A program made the position numbers and the translations under genes. Source: an uncultured Oscillospiraceae bacterium (GTDB lineage Bacteria; Bacillota; Clostridia; Oscillospirales; Oscillospiraceae). Taken from it: 35,951 nucleotides of DNA. Location of the stretch: the NCBI GenBank assembly GCA_964394055.1, contig CAYMWT010000001.1:1-35951 (forward strand). The letters run 5' to 3'. The notes under the pieces are model-generated. The model did no database searches, had not been told where the DNA came from, and was given only the letters and a program-made list of their open reading frames with translations. Positions 1 to 8,834 of this stretch are shown piece after piece (position 1 is the first letter of the stretch; the number at the start of each line of letters is the position of its first letter).

Positions 1-85
1 CTTCCTTTTCCGTAAAGCCGAACTTCTGAAAGGCGTCCATGCACAGCCGGTGCAGAATGTCGTAGGACCAATATTGATATGCCAT
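1..85 (-). CDS. 5' end of a probable Ldh_2-family (malate/L-lactate/ureidoglycolate dehydrogenase-like) oxidoreductase, runs off the window edge
   Basis: Manually read: GAGGTG RBS, 5 nt, ATG at 85; MAYQYWSYDILHRLCMDAFQKFGFTEKE... resembles clostridial Ldh_2 N-termini. Only 28 codons visible. Confidence 0.55.
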   Translation of the reverse strand, partial: MAYQYWSYDILHRLCMDAFQKFGFTEKE

Positions 86-132
86 AAAAACACCTCATTT
101 CACGAAAGCTTCAAAATGGAATCTACAAGGAT

Positions 133-1602
133 TTACCCCCGATAAATGGGAGCCAGAGCATCGTGCACTGCCTTGTATCTCTCAAAGAGTTTCTCATATA
201 CCTTCTGATTTTCCGGATCCGGCCTGGAAACCGAGTCGATCCGGACGCAGGTCTCCGCCGCCTGGGCAAAGCTGTCAAACCAGCCAATACCAACCGCCGT
301 CAGCATGGCCGTGCCGAAGGAGGAATCGTCCACCTTGACCTTTTGCAGCTCCAGTCCCAGCACATCCGCCACGATTTGCCGCCAAAGCATTCCCTTCGCG
401 CCGCCCCCAATCACACGAACCCGTTTCATCTCCACCCCCAAGCCGTTGAGGGTGTTCAGGCAGTCTTTCAGGCTCATGGCAACACCCTCCAGTGTTGCCC
501 GGGTGAAATGGGCTGTGGTGTGGATAGAGCCAATGCCTGTATAGCTGCCCTTCAGATCGGGGTCATTATAGGGTGTCAATTCACCGTTGAGGTAGGGATG
601 GAACATCAGTCCGTCACTCCCCGGCGGAATTTTTTCTGCCGGAGCATTCAGATCCTCAAATGGTTCCCGGCCTATGGCATCCCGATACCAGCGGTAGCTG
701 GCAGCACAGCTGGCAGTTGCCGTACCAGGGTACCACAGCCCCGGTACCACATGACGATAGTTAAAGATAAATTGGGAGTCCAACGGATGATCCGTTACGA
801 CACAAATCCGTCCCGCGGTTGCAAGCTTTACCGTGGCGTGGCCCGGTTCAACATTGCCTGCCGCAAAGACTTCCATTACCGTGTCCGTAGTTCCGACCAG
901 AACCAGGGTTCCCTCTGCAAGTCCAAATTCCTCAGCACGTTCTCCGGTAACAATACCTGCCACATCTGTAGGCTTGCGCAGTCTTGGCAGCCACTGCTTT
1001 TGGATGCCGCCTACCGCGCATAGCGCCTCCGACCAGCATTCCCGTCCTACATCGTAGAACATGGAACCGGCCGCATCAATGGTGTCCGTCTCCATGGTTC
1101 CGATCATGCGATAGCGCAAATAGTCCTTGGCAAAGAGAATATGGCGGATCTTTTCCCAAGTCCCCTGCTCATGTCTGCGCACCCACATCAGCTGGGGCAG
1201 CGTCCAGACAGTGGTAGGGGCATTTTTTACCTCTTCCAGGATCTGATCCAGGCAGGTATCCTTCAGCTCCTGCACTTCGGCCTTGCTGCGCTGGTCTGTC
1301 CAGAGAATCGCCCGGCGCAGCACCTCCCCATTCTCATCCAGAAGCACCGCCGTGTGGGTGGCCGCGTCAAAGGATAGCGCCTTGATTTCCTTTGCCTGGA
1401 TGCCGCTTTGCCGCAGGATCTCCCCCAATGCCTTCCTGAATGCCCGGCACCAGTCCTCCGGATCCTGCTCGCACCATCCCACCTGGGGATAATAGGTTGG
1501 ATATTCACAGCCCGCGGTTGCCGTGATAATGCCCTCGTGACTTAAAAGCGTCAGCTTCACACTGCCGCTGCCAATATCCGCGCCCAAAACATAATTTCCC
1601 AT
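133..1602 (-). CDS. FGGY-family carbohydrate kinase (xylulokinase-like)
   Basis: VLGADIGSGSVK, WCEQDP, AILWTDQR, KDYLRYR, PYLNGE, RATLEG, GGGAKG..WRQIVADV motifs; ATG at 1602 preferred over TTG at 1608. Confidence 0.9.
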   Translation of the reverse strand: MGNYVLGADIGSGSVKLTLLSHEGIITATAGCEYPTYYPQVGWCEQDPEDWCRAFRKALGEILRQSGIQAKEIKALSFDAATHTAVLLDENGEVLRRAILWTDQRSKAEVQELKDTCLDQILEEVKNAPTTVWTLPQLMWVRRHEQGTWEKIRHILFAKDYLRYRMIGTMETDTIDAAGSMFYDVGRECWSEALCAVGGIQKQWLPRLRKPTDVAGIVTGERAEEFGLAEGTLVLVGTTDTVMEVFAAGNVEPGHATVKLATAGRICVVTDHPLDSQFIFNYRHVVPGLWYPGTATASCAASYRWYRDAIGREPFEDLNAPAEKIPPGSDGLMFHPYLNGELTPYNDPDLKGSYTGIGSIHTTAHFTRATLEGVAMSLKDCLNTLNGLGVEMKRVRVIGGGAKGMLWRQIVADVLGLELQKVKVDDSSFGTAMLTAVGIGWFDSFAQAAETCVRIDSVSRPDPENQKVYEKLFERYKAVHDALAPIYRG

Positions 1603-1626
1603 ATGCAACCCTATCCTTTTCTGAAT

Positions 1627-1661
1627 ACCCCGGGGAACCTATACACAGGTTTTCCCGGGGT
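1627..1661. other. Imperfect intergenic stem-loop between iolB and the kinase gene
   Basis: ACCCCGGGGAACCT-atacac-AGGTTTTCCCGGGGT; no U-tract on the minus strand, so mRNA stabiliser or pause site is more likely than terminator. Confidence 0.4.
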
Positions 1662-1684
1662 GCCGGAGGAAAATCAGGAAAAAA

Positions 1685-2476
1685 TCACTTTCCGATCCAG
1701 TCGTGTTCAGGGTCATTGCTGCGATTGAAGCCCTGATAGTCACCAGCCATAAGCCACAGGAAGTAGGTCTGGTAACCGGGAGTGGATACCGTGGTGTGGT
1801 AGCCATAGGGGAACTCTACCAGCTCATCGTTTTTCACCCGGTAGGCTTCATCCATGGAGCCATCGGAGGTGTACATGCACTGCACAGCAAAGCCCTGGCT
1901 GGGATCAAACAGGAAGTAGTAAATCTCCTCCGCAATACACTCCGTTGGCATATTGTCCTCGTCGTGCTTGTGGGGCGGGAACCCGGCCCAGTTGCCCTTG
2001 GTGCAATAGGCCTCTCCAATGGTCAGCACCTTGGCGTTGGAGTTGCCATCGATGATGAAGCTGGTCTCCCGCTGATAGGGCTGCTCACCCAGGAGCTTCA
2101 GCACCACATGCTCCTCCCGCAGAACCTGCGGCTCTGTTTTCTCCGAGACAGGTGTCCCGCAGACGGCAATTTTAATATGGTCAATGGCTTCGATTTCCAG
2201 GTGCTGCTCTCTTGGCATATAGAAGCTCTCGGCCTTCCGGTTTTCAAAAACATTGGCCCGGTTGCCGATATTCTTCTGGGTCTCGCCATTGTAGGAAACG
2301 TTGCAATGGCCCTCCAGCATGATAAAGGCAACCTCCCGATCTTCTGTGAAGAACGGCAGCTTTTCCCCCGCGTCCAGTTCTATGATACCAAATTCCAGCT
2401 TTTTCAGACTGCACTGGCCGATTCTGCAAATGGGCGTATACCCCTTGGCAGGAACATATGCTTTCTTGTAATTCAT
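1685..2476 (-). CDS. iolB: 5-deoxy-glucuronate isomerase (IolB/KduI cupin family)
   Basis: GNWAGFPPHKHD, EEIYYF and GYH motifs characteristic of IolB; AAGGAG RBS. Confidence 0.85.
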   Translation of the reverse strand: MNYKKAYVPAKGYTPICRIGQCSLKKLEFGIIELDAGEKLPFFTEDREVAFIMLEGHCNVSYNGETQKNIGNRANVFENRKAESFYMPREQHLEIEAIDHIKIAVCGTPVSEKTEPQVLREEHVVLKLLGEQPYQRETSFIIDGNSNAKVLTIGEAYCTKGNWAGFPPHKHDEDNMPTECIAEEIYYFLFDPSQGFAVQCMYTSDGSMDEAYRVKNDELVEFPYGYHTTVSTPGYQTYFLWLMAGDYQGFNRSNDPEHDWIGK

Positions 2477-2539
2477 AATGTTTACTCCTTTCCTTTGTTG
2501 GCATCTGACATACGCAAAACCGATTCCTTTTTCGTAGCC

Positions 2540-3466
2540 TCATTTTCCGGCGTCTGCTTGCGCCAGCTCTCCCAGAAGTTTGTCAACAACCGCTTGCCAA
2601 TCTCCCACAATACCATAATCCGCATACGCAAAAATCGGCGCCCGGGGATCCGAATTGATGGCAACGATCTTCCCCGACCCGGACATGCCCGCCAAATGCT
2701 GTACCGCGCCACTGATCCCCACCGCAATATACAGCTTTGGGCATACCGTAATTCCGGTCATGCCGACCTGGCATCGGTAGGGCGCAAATCCCGCGTCTAC
2801 CGCTGTTCGGGACGCACCCAGCGCCGCTCCAAGCGCTCTTGCCAGTTTCTTCAGCTTCTCAAAGCCTTCTCTGGAACCGATACCCATTCCGCCGGCAACA
2901 ATGATTTCTGCCTGAGACAAGGGTCTTTCGTCTGAAAAGCCCTCCACAGACAATAGCTTCACCCGCTCAAAAGGATGACAGGCAACAGCTTCCACAATGG
3001 GATCCTCCACCTTTTGCGTCTCCGGGCGAAAGGTGCCCGGGCGGACAGTGGCCATTTGGATCGGACTTAAAGACTGAATATCCGCCATCAGCGAGTTGCC
3101 AAAGGCAGGCCGGGTTTGGATGAGCTGGTTCCCCTCCATACCCAGGGCTGTACAGTCCGCAGTCAGTCCGGCATTCAGCTGCCAGGCAAGCATGGGCATG
3201 ATATTTCGCATCCGCACGGTTGCGGGGGCCAGAATGATCCGACTGCCCCATTGGTGGATCTTCTCTGCCAGAAATGTGGCAAAGGCGCCTTCATCTGCTA
3301 TTTCAGGGGCTTTTAGTTCCACAATATGGGTGGCTCCCCACTCTGAAGCGGCTCTCCACTGCCCTTCCGGCACCAAGGCCCGGAGGCCTCCGCCGGAAAG
3401 CCGGGCAGCCTTGCTCAGCAAGCCCCCATCGATTTCAAAGGGACATAAAACCAGAGGTTCTGTCAT
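2540..3466 (-). CDS. etfA: Electron transfer flavoprotein alpha subunit
   Basis: GLTADCT, QTRPAFG, MATVRP, IVAGGMG, LGASR, QVGMTG, YIAVGISGAVQHLAGM, AINSDP motifs; start moved to 3466 (ATGA overlap with etfB stop, GGAGGTG RBS). Confidence 0.93.
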   Translation of the reverse strand: MTEPLVLCPFEIDGGLLSKAARLSGGGLRALVPEGQWRAASEWGATHIVELKAPEIADEGAFATFLAEKIHQWGSRIILAPATVRMRNIMPMLAWQLNAGLTADCTALGMEGNQLIQTRPAFGNSLMADIQSLSPIQMATVRPGTFRPETQKVEDPIVEAVACHPFERVKLLSVEGFSDERPLSQAEIIVAGGMGIGSREGFEKLKKLARALGAALGASRTAVDAGFAPYRCQVGMTGITVCPKLYIAVGISGAVQHLAGMSGSGKIVAINSDPRAPIFAYADYGIVGDWQAVVDKLLGELAQADAGK

Positions 3467-4239
3467 GGCTTCACCTCCCGGAGAATGGCACACAAGCCCT
3501 GAACACCTTCCTCCACATCCGTTACTTTCGGCCCCTGACGAAGACCGGGGAACCTGGCTTCCATGGCTGTCACCTTTGTCAGGGAGCCTCTCAGCCCACA
3601 CGCTTCCGCGGACAGTCCCAGATCTCCAGCCGTCAGGATCTCCACCGGTGTCTTTCTGGCCCGGCGCATGCCCAGGATTCCCGCCAGCCTCAGAGGATAG
3701 CAATAGCTGGTGAAGCTGACCACCAGGGGGCCGGAGACCTCCATATGCTGGACGCTGTTTTCCAGACGCCGGACCATCCTGAGGGAGGTTCCCTGTTTTT
3801 CGACCTTTTCCACGTTGGAAACGCAGGGAAGGTTCAGGGCTGCTGCCAGCTCCCCGGGCACCTGCCCGGTTTCCCCGTCAATGGCCTTGCAGCCACAGAA
3901 AATGGCATCGAAAGGCCCCAGCTTTTCCGCCGCCGCTGCCAGCGCCCTGGCAGTGGCCCGGGTATCCGCCCCAGCCATAAGCCGGTCTGTAATGAGCACC
4001 GCCTGGCTGGCTCCTCTGGCCAGCAGCTGGGTTAGTGGTTCCTCCAGCTTTCCGGGGCCCATGGTCAGAACGGTGACACGGCCATCCTTGTCCGCCAGGC
4101 GTAAGGCGGCCTCCAGTGCGGACTCATCCGCAATATTCCATTGCAGACTGGCTCCATCCCGTTTCAGCTGATGCTGACCGTCAACCTCAACAGAGGAGGA
4201 AACGGGCACCGCTTTAACACAGACAAGAATGTGCTTCAT
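3463..4239 (-). CDS. etfB: Electron transfer flavoprotein beta subunit
   Basis: ILVCVKAVP, ALEAAL, TMGP, AGADTRATA, AIDGETGQV motifs. Confidence 0.93.
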   Translation of the reverse strand: MKHILVCVKAVPVSSSVEVDGQHQLKRDGASLQWNIADESALEAALRLADKDGRVTVLTMGPGKLEEPLTQLLARGASQAVLITDRLMAGADTRATARALAAAAEKLGPFDAIFCGCKAIDGETGQVPGELAAALNLPCVSNVEKVEKQGTSLRMVRRLENSVQHMEVSGPLVVSFTSYCYPLRLAGILGMRRARKTPVEILTAGDLGLSAEACGLRGSLTKVTAMEARFPGLRQGPKVTDVEEGVQGLCAILREVKP

Positions 4240-4245
4240 ATTTTC

Positions 4246-5313
4246 TTACAAAAGAGCGCCGAAAAGGTCGACCAGCTGATAGCCCTCAGGCACACACAGG
4301 CTGAAGCACTGCCATGTTTCGGGATTTGCCACCAGCATTGCCTTGGCATCGGTACGCATCAGATCCTCCCAGCGGCCTCCGGCGATCCGCTTCACCAGCT
4401 CGGGCATATAGCCGCAGGCCACCGTGGTACCGCAGGATTTGGCCAGCTTCTCGTGGTTGAACATTTCGGTCAGATCATAACCAGCTGCCCCGGCCATGGC
4501 ACGGATGGGCGCGAACTCATGGAAGGTTCGGGCCAGGCGGTCATCGTCGTGGCAAGCGCCCAGGACTCCCACAGGAGCCTTCCCTTCCAGCCGCTTCTCT
4601 TCCAGCAGCCTGGCAACAAACCCGGTGGCCGTGGTAAGGCCCGCGGTGATCTCGCAGCCCCACTCCGGATATTTCTGGGTCATGATCTCAGCATCATAGC
4701 TGTCCAGTACCACAACTGGCAGCTTTGTCTCGTTCAGTGCCTGGGCACAGGCGACAGCCTGCTGACGGACTTCCTCCGTATAGCCCATCAGGTCACCCAG
4801 CATAACGCCGGAAGCCGGCTCCTCTTCCAGTACCTTGGCGGAAACGCCGGCCTTTGCCAGCAGCGCCAGCAGGTTCTTTGCCATATTGGGAGCCTGAATG
4901 GCCGCGGCTTCTCCAATATACACCAGCACATCCGAACCATCCTGTCCATAGGAGGGTTTCTCCACGCCAAAAATGTTGCCGGACGCTTCTATGTTTGCAA
5001 TCAGGTTCATCACACGCTCCGGGGCGATCTCGGATACCACAGCTTCGGTGCGGGCTTCCCGGATAAACAGAGGCGGCTGGTAGCCCGTTGCGCAGTCATT
5101 GGTGCAGGCGTCACACAGAAGGCACTCATACATGGCCTGAGCCATGTCCTTATCAAAGCTTTGGGCCTTCTTGCTGACCATGCTCAGCAGCAGGCCCTTG
5201 GCCCGGGGTGTGTTGATTTCGTTTCCGGTCTGGTGCTGAACCGGGCACAGATGACGGCACATCCAGCAGAAACGGCACTTTTCAGCATGATGCAGGGCAT
5301 TCTGACTTATCAT
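4246..5313 (-). CDS. Fe-S protein of GlpC/GlcF/HdrD type (two N-terminal 4Fe-4S motifs, degenerate CCG domains)
   Basis: CRFCWMCRHLCP and CLLCDACTNDC motifs, TPRAK, GNIFG; GGAGG RBS. Confidence 0.85.
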   Translation of the reverse strand: MISQNALHHAEKCRFCWMCRHLCPVQHQTGNEINTPRAKGLLLSMVSKKAQSFDKDMAQAMYECLLCDACTNDCATGYQPPLFIREARTEAVVSEIAPERVMNLIANIEASGNIFGVEKPSYGQDGSDVLVYIGEAAAIQAPNMAKNLLALLAKAGVSAKVLEEEPASGVMLGDLMGYTEEVRQQAVACAQALNETKLPVVVLDSYDAEIMTQKYPEWGCEITAGLTTATGFVARLLEEKRLEGKAPVGVLGACHDDDRLARTFHEFAPIRAMAGAAGYDLTEMFNHEKLAKSCGTTVACGYMPELVKRIAGGRWEDLMRTDAKAMLVANPETWQCFSLCVPEGYQLVDLFGALL

Positions 5314-5335
5314 ATCTGTTACCTCCTGTTCTTTC

Positions 5336-6766
5336 TTACAGACCCATTTTGTAGGGGTTCATGATACCGTTGGGATCCAGCTCCTTCTTCAGCGCCTGAA
5401 GCACCTGCATGGCAGGGCCGTACTGTTCCTTCACCAGGCGGGACAGCTTCAGTCCCACCCCATGATGGTCGTTCAGGACGCCCCCATTGGCCAGCGCCGC
5501 GCGAACGCCGGCGTTCCAGATCTGGTTATGAACCCGCAGGGCTTCCTCGGGATCCTCAGGAGGATTGTCAATGATAAAACGAGAGTAATTCATTGCGCCC
5601 CAGTCATACCAGTGGGAGCTGTGAGAGATAAAGCGAACCCCATATTCCCCGAAGCCATCCTCCACGGCGTGCTTCATGGCCCAATAGATTTTCTCAATGT
5701 TGTCATGGGTTGCCACCGTGTCCAGGGTACCGAACATCTGAGGCAGATCCATAATGTGGTCGGGATAGAAGAAGGTGATCCGGTTTTCGAACCACTTCTC
5801 TCCGTACTCGTTGCCCAAATACTGGGCATCGTACTTTTCTACGATCCTCAGAACGATCTCCTTCTCCGCTTCCACAATGGATTCATAGCCCTCCAGGGTC
5901 AGATTCATAAAGGAGCCCTTCTTGGCAAAGCCGATGATCTTCTTGATAATGGATACCGTCTCCGCCTCATCAAACAGGCGAATAATGGAGGGCTTCACCG
6001 CCTGGACGATTTCCCGGCAGGCCTGATAGCCGGTGTGAATATCCGGGAACAGGAAAGCGTGGTGGGTTCTGACCTCAGGCTGTCTGACGATCTTGAACTT
6101 GACCTTGGTCATAATGCCCAGAGTGCCCTCGGAGCCGACAAAGACGGGAATCAGGTTGGGGCCGGAGGAGTGCTTGGGTACAGGCAGGGTGTTGATGATG
6201 TCGCCATTGGGCAGCACCACCTCCAGGGACAGACACATATCGTCCATCTTGCCGTATTTGGTAGACAGAATACCGATACCGTTATGGGCCAGCGCGCCGC
6301 CCACGGTGCAGCAGGTCATGCAGGAAGGCAGGTGCATGATGGAGAACCCCTTCTCGTTGACCCGGTCTTCCAGTGTGGCAAAAATAATACCGGTCTCACA
6401 TGTGACGTAGCCCGCCTCCACATTGATATCCAGCACCTTGTCCATCCGCTTCATATCCAGCAGGATGCCCCCTGCCACCGGCAAGGCGCCGCCCTGGCTT
6501 CCGGAACCGCCGCCCCAGGTGGTAACAGGGATTTTATAGTAGTTGGCAATTTTCATGACCTTGGATACTTCTTCTGTGCTTCCGGGACGAACGATCACAT
6601 CCGGCATAGGGCCCATTTCCCCCGCGTCCTGCCACTTGCGGCTCAGCCAGAAATAGTCCACGGAGTAGACCGCCCGCTCCACCTCCCTGGTGGACACATT
6701 CTCCGTACCAACCGCGTCCTCAAGCTCGGAGCGGATCATGTAGAACATCAAAGACTTGTCTTGCAT
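5336..6766 (-). CDS. FAD-linked oxidoreductase, VAO/PCMH family (alkyl-DHAP synthase/YgcU-like or GlcD-like)
   Basis: PDVIVRP, WGGGSGSQGG, TVGG, STKYG, GSEGTLGI, DHHGVG, LDPNGIMNP motifs. Confidence 0.88.
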   Translation of the reverse strand: MQDKSLMFYMIRSELEDAVGTENVSTREVERAVYSVDYFWLSRKWQDAGEMGPMPDVIVRPGSTEEVSKVMKIANYYKIPVTTWGGGSGSQGGALPVAGGILLDMKRMDKVLDINVEAGYVTCETGIIFATLEDRVNEKGFSIMHLPSCMTCCTVGGALAHNGIGILSTKYGKMDDMCLSLEVVLPNGDIINTLPVPKHSSGPNLIPVFVGSEGTLGIMTKVKFKIVRQPEVRTHHAFLFPDIHTGYQACREIVQAVKPSIIRLFDEAETVSIIKKIIGFAKKGSFMNLTLEGYESIVEAEKEIVLRIVEKYDAQYLGNEYGEKWFENRITFFYPDHIMDLPQMFGTLDTVATHDNIEKIYWAMKHAVEDGFGEYGVRFISHSSHWYDWGAMNYSRFIIDNPPEDPEEALRVHNQIWNAGVRAALANGGVLNDHHGVGLKLSRLVKEQYGPAMQVLQALKKELDPNGIMNPYKMGL

Positions 6767-6788
6767 GGTACTTCTCCCTTTCTGAATA

Positions 6789-6917
6789 TGTAATATAATT
6801 TCAGATTTCTGACTTTGTTTCGATTATTATTGAATCTGTATTACATATCTGTACTAAATATACCATATTGTAATTGAGTTTTCAAGTCTTTGTGCAAAAA
6901 ATTGTAACAAAATTACA
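6789..6917. promoter_or_regulatory. Cluster of TGTAA-N5-TTACA-like palindromes, probable RpiR/HexR-type operators
   Basis: TGTAAcaaaaTTACA (6903-6917, perfect arms), TGTAAtataaTTTCA (6789-6803), TGTAAttgagtTTTCA (6869-6884, N6, overlapping the -35). Confidence 0.5.
6857..6885 (-). promoter_or_regulatory. Sigma-A promoter for the flavoprotein/ETF operon
   Basis: Minus strand TTGAAA-17 nt-TATATT with TG extension (TGgTATATT). Confidence 0.6.
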
Positions 6918-6956
6918 GAGTTGGATTTAGTGATTTCGCCAGACCCCATCAACGTG

Positions 6957-6987
6957 CAAACCGCTGCCGTAAAATGGCAGCGGTTTG
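6957..6987 (-). terminator. Stem-loop directly after the rpiR stop, probable terminator
   Basis: CAAACCGCTGCC-gtaaaat-GGCAGCGGTTTG, perfect 12-bp arms; only a short U-run. Confidence 0.55.
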
Positions 6988-6989
6988 TG

Positions 6990-7844
6990 TCAGTATTTCA
7001 GACTTTCCATGCTCTTCTCAATTTGCAGAGACTTGGCGCCATCGGTGCGCATGGCAATGTAGGTATAGATAGAGTCCGCAATGGTCAACGCGGCAACTCT
7101 GGAAGCGATTGACACCACCCGATACCTGGTCTCCTTTGAATTGGTGTTCAGACTGATATCCGCCAATCTGGACAAGGGGTTTTTTCCCGCGCTGGTTAAG
7201 GTAATCACCTTAACGCCCCGTTTTTTCGCGGTCTGGGTGCTATCGACCACACAGCGGGAGCTGCCGGAATGGCTGACAGCAAACACCACATCCCGCTCAT
7301 CCAGATAGTTGCATGCGATCACCTGTAAATGGGGATCTGTATACACAGAGGCATCCAGCCCCAGCCGCAGCATCTTATGGTGCAGATCCATCGCCACAGG
7401 CGCAGAGCCGCCCAGGCCAAAAATCACAATTTTCCGGGCGTTCATCAGGAGCTGAGCCGCTGCCTCCAGCTGCTCCGGCGTCAACATATCCCGTGTGAAT
7501 TGCAGGGCAAGCAGCGCGCTTTGGAAGACCTTGTCTCTAACCGCCTGTACGGAGTCCTCCGGGTGGATTTCCTCGTGAATGATTTCATCCGGGGATACGG
7601 TTGCCTGCGCCAGGGTCAATTTCAGATCCTCATAGCCGCTGAAGCCCAGCTTTTTGTAGGCACGCACCACCGTTGGATCCGATACCCCGGTGGCATCCGC
7701 CAGCGCGGCCACGGACAGATCAATGATTTCCCTGGGATTTTCCCGAATATACTGCGCAACCTTCTGCTCCGATTTGCTCAGATCGGGAATGGAATTTTCA
7801 ATTCTCAGCAGCAGCGCCGCCAAGGAGATACCCTGAACCGCCAT
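6990..7844 (-). CDS. MurR/RpiR-family transcriptional regulator (HTH + SIS)
   Basis: LSKSEQKVAQYI, VSDPTVVRAYKKLGFSGYEDLK HTH; FGLGGS and SHSGSS SIS motifs. Confidence 0.95.
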   Translation of the reverse strand: MAVQGISLAALLLRIENSIPDLSKSEQKVAQYIRENPREIIDLSVAALADATGVSDPTVVRAYKKLGFSGYEDLKLTLAQATVSPDEIIHEEIHPEDSVQAVRDKVFQSALLALQFTRDMLTPEQLEAAAQLLMNARKIVIFGLGGSAPVAMDLHHKMLRLGLDASVYTDPHLQVIACNYLDERDVVFAVSHSGSSRCVVDSTQTAKKRGVKVITLTSAGKNPLSRLADISLNTNSKETRYRVVSIASRVAALTIADSIYTYIAMRTDGAKSLQIEKSMESLKY

Positions 7845-7886
7845 ATTTTTCCACCTTTCGTCCTGATTTCCAGAGGATTTTACAAT

Positions 7887-7915
7887 AGTATAGCACAGGG
7901 CTCTCCAAAATAAAA
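7887..7915 (-). promoter_or_regulatory. Possible extended -10 promoter for rpiR
   Basis: Minus strand TGcTATACT about 42 nt upstream of the ATG; weak -35 (TTTTAT) at 17 nt. Confidence 0.4.
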
Positions 7916-7955
7916 GAGCGCAAATTACAGAAACAGCAAAAGAACACCGTCCATT

Positions 7956-8834
7956 TTACCGGGTATTATTATCCCAATATCCGGCATTCCTGCCCACCTG
8001 GTAACAGCATAGATATTCCTGCCGCCCTCCGGGAGCAATCATCCGCATACCGGGCCGTTCCGAAATTTCACCGCTCCGATTTCCCGCGGCAACGGAAGGC
8101 TCTATACATAAGAATTCCGCATCTCCACGATCCATTGACCAAAGGGTCAGATAGGGAAACTGGCCGCGCCATAGGCGAAGATGCCAGCTGCTTCCGGCAG
8201 GATGCCATTCGACCCACTCTGATTCATACTGATTGGAGCTGTAAGCACCCTTCGCGAACATGTCGGTATCCATCCACAGCCGGTCACTCTCCGTCAGCAC
8301 AGCCTCCATAGAGCCATCCGGATGAAAGGCGGTTACGGTTTCCGGCTTTTCAAATTGAAGGAAGGATTTGCATGTATGGCCCCGCGGCCAAACAAACCCG
8401 GTATGAGCGCCTACGCTGTAGGGCATCGGATCCGCTCCCGTATTTTTGACCTCAAACCGGATTTTTAATGTCATGCCTTCCAATTGGAAGGTAACGCGCA
8501 GAATAAACCCAAAAGGATACTGGCACAGCGTTTCCGGGTTGGCGCGCAGCTCCAGGGTGCATTCGGTTTCGCATTGGGAAGTCACCGCAAATTCCATGGT
8601 TCTGGCAAATCCATTTTTCTGCATATGAAAGGGAATTCCCCCAACGGTGTAGGCATCATTTGGGAAGCCGCCCATAATGGGAAAGGGCGTTGGGGAACTG
8701 CGGCCCCAGATGGTTCTGTCAGCGCCCCAGATCAGTTCTGTGCCATCCTGTATCACATACAGACTTGCCAGCTCCGCGCCGAAGCTTCTGATTTTTGCAA
8801 TCAGGTATTCATTTCTGATTGCTATTTCTGTCAT
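7956..8834 (-). CDS. Aldose 1-epimerase family protein (LacX-like)
   Basis: GAELASL, IW...WGRSSP.PFP, NGFAR (HGFAR in typical members), QYPF, YSVGAHTGF, FLCIEP motifs. Confidence 0.85.
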   Translation of the reverse strand: MTEIAIRNEYLIAKIRSFGAELASLYVIQDGTELIWGADRTIWGRSSPTPFPIMGGFPNDAYTVGGIPFHMQKNGFARTMEFAVTSQCETECTLELRANPETLCQYPFGFILRVTFQLEGMTLKIRFEVKNTGADPMPYSVGAHTGFVWPRGHTCKSFLQFEKPETVTAFHPDGSMEAVLTESDRLWMDTDMFAKGAYSSNQYESEWVEWHPAGSSWHLRLWRGQFPYLTLWSMDRGDAEFLCIEPSVAAGNRSGEISERPGMRMIAPGGRQEYLCCYQVGRNAGYWDNNTR

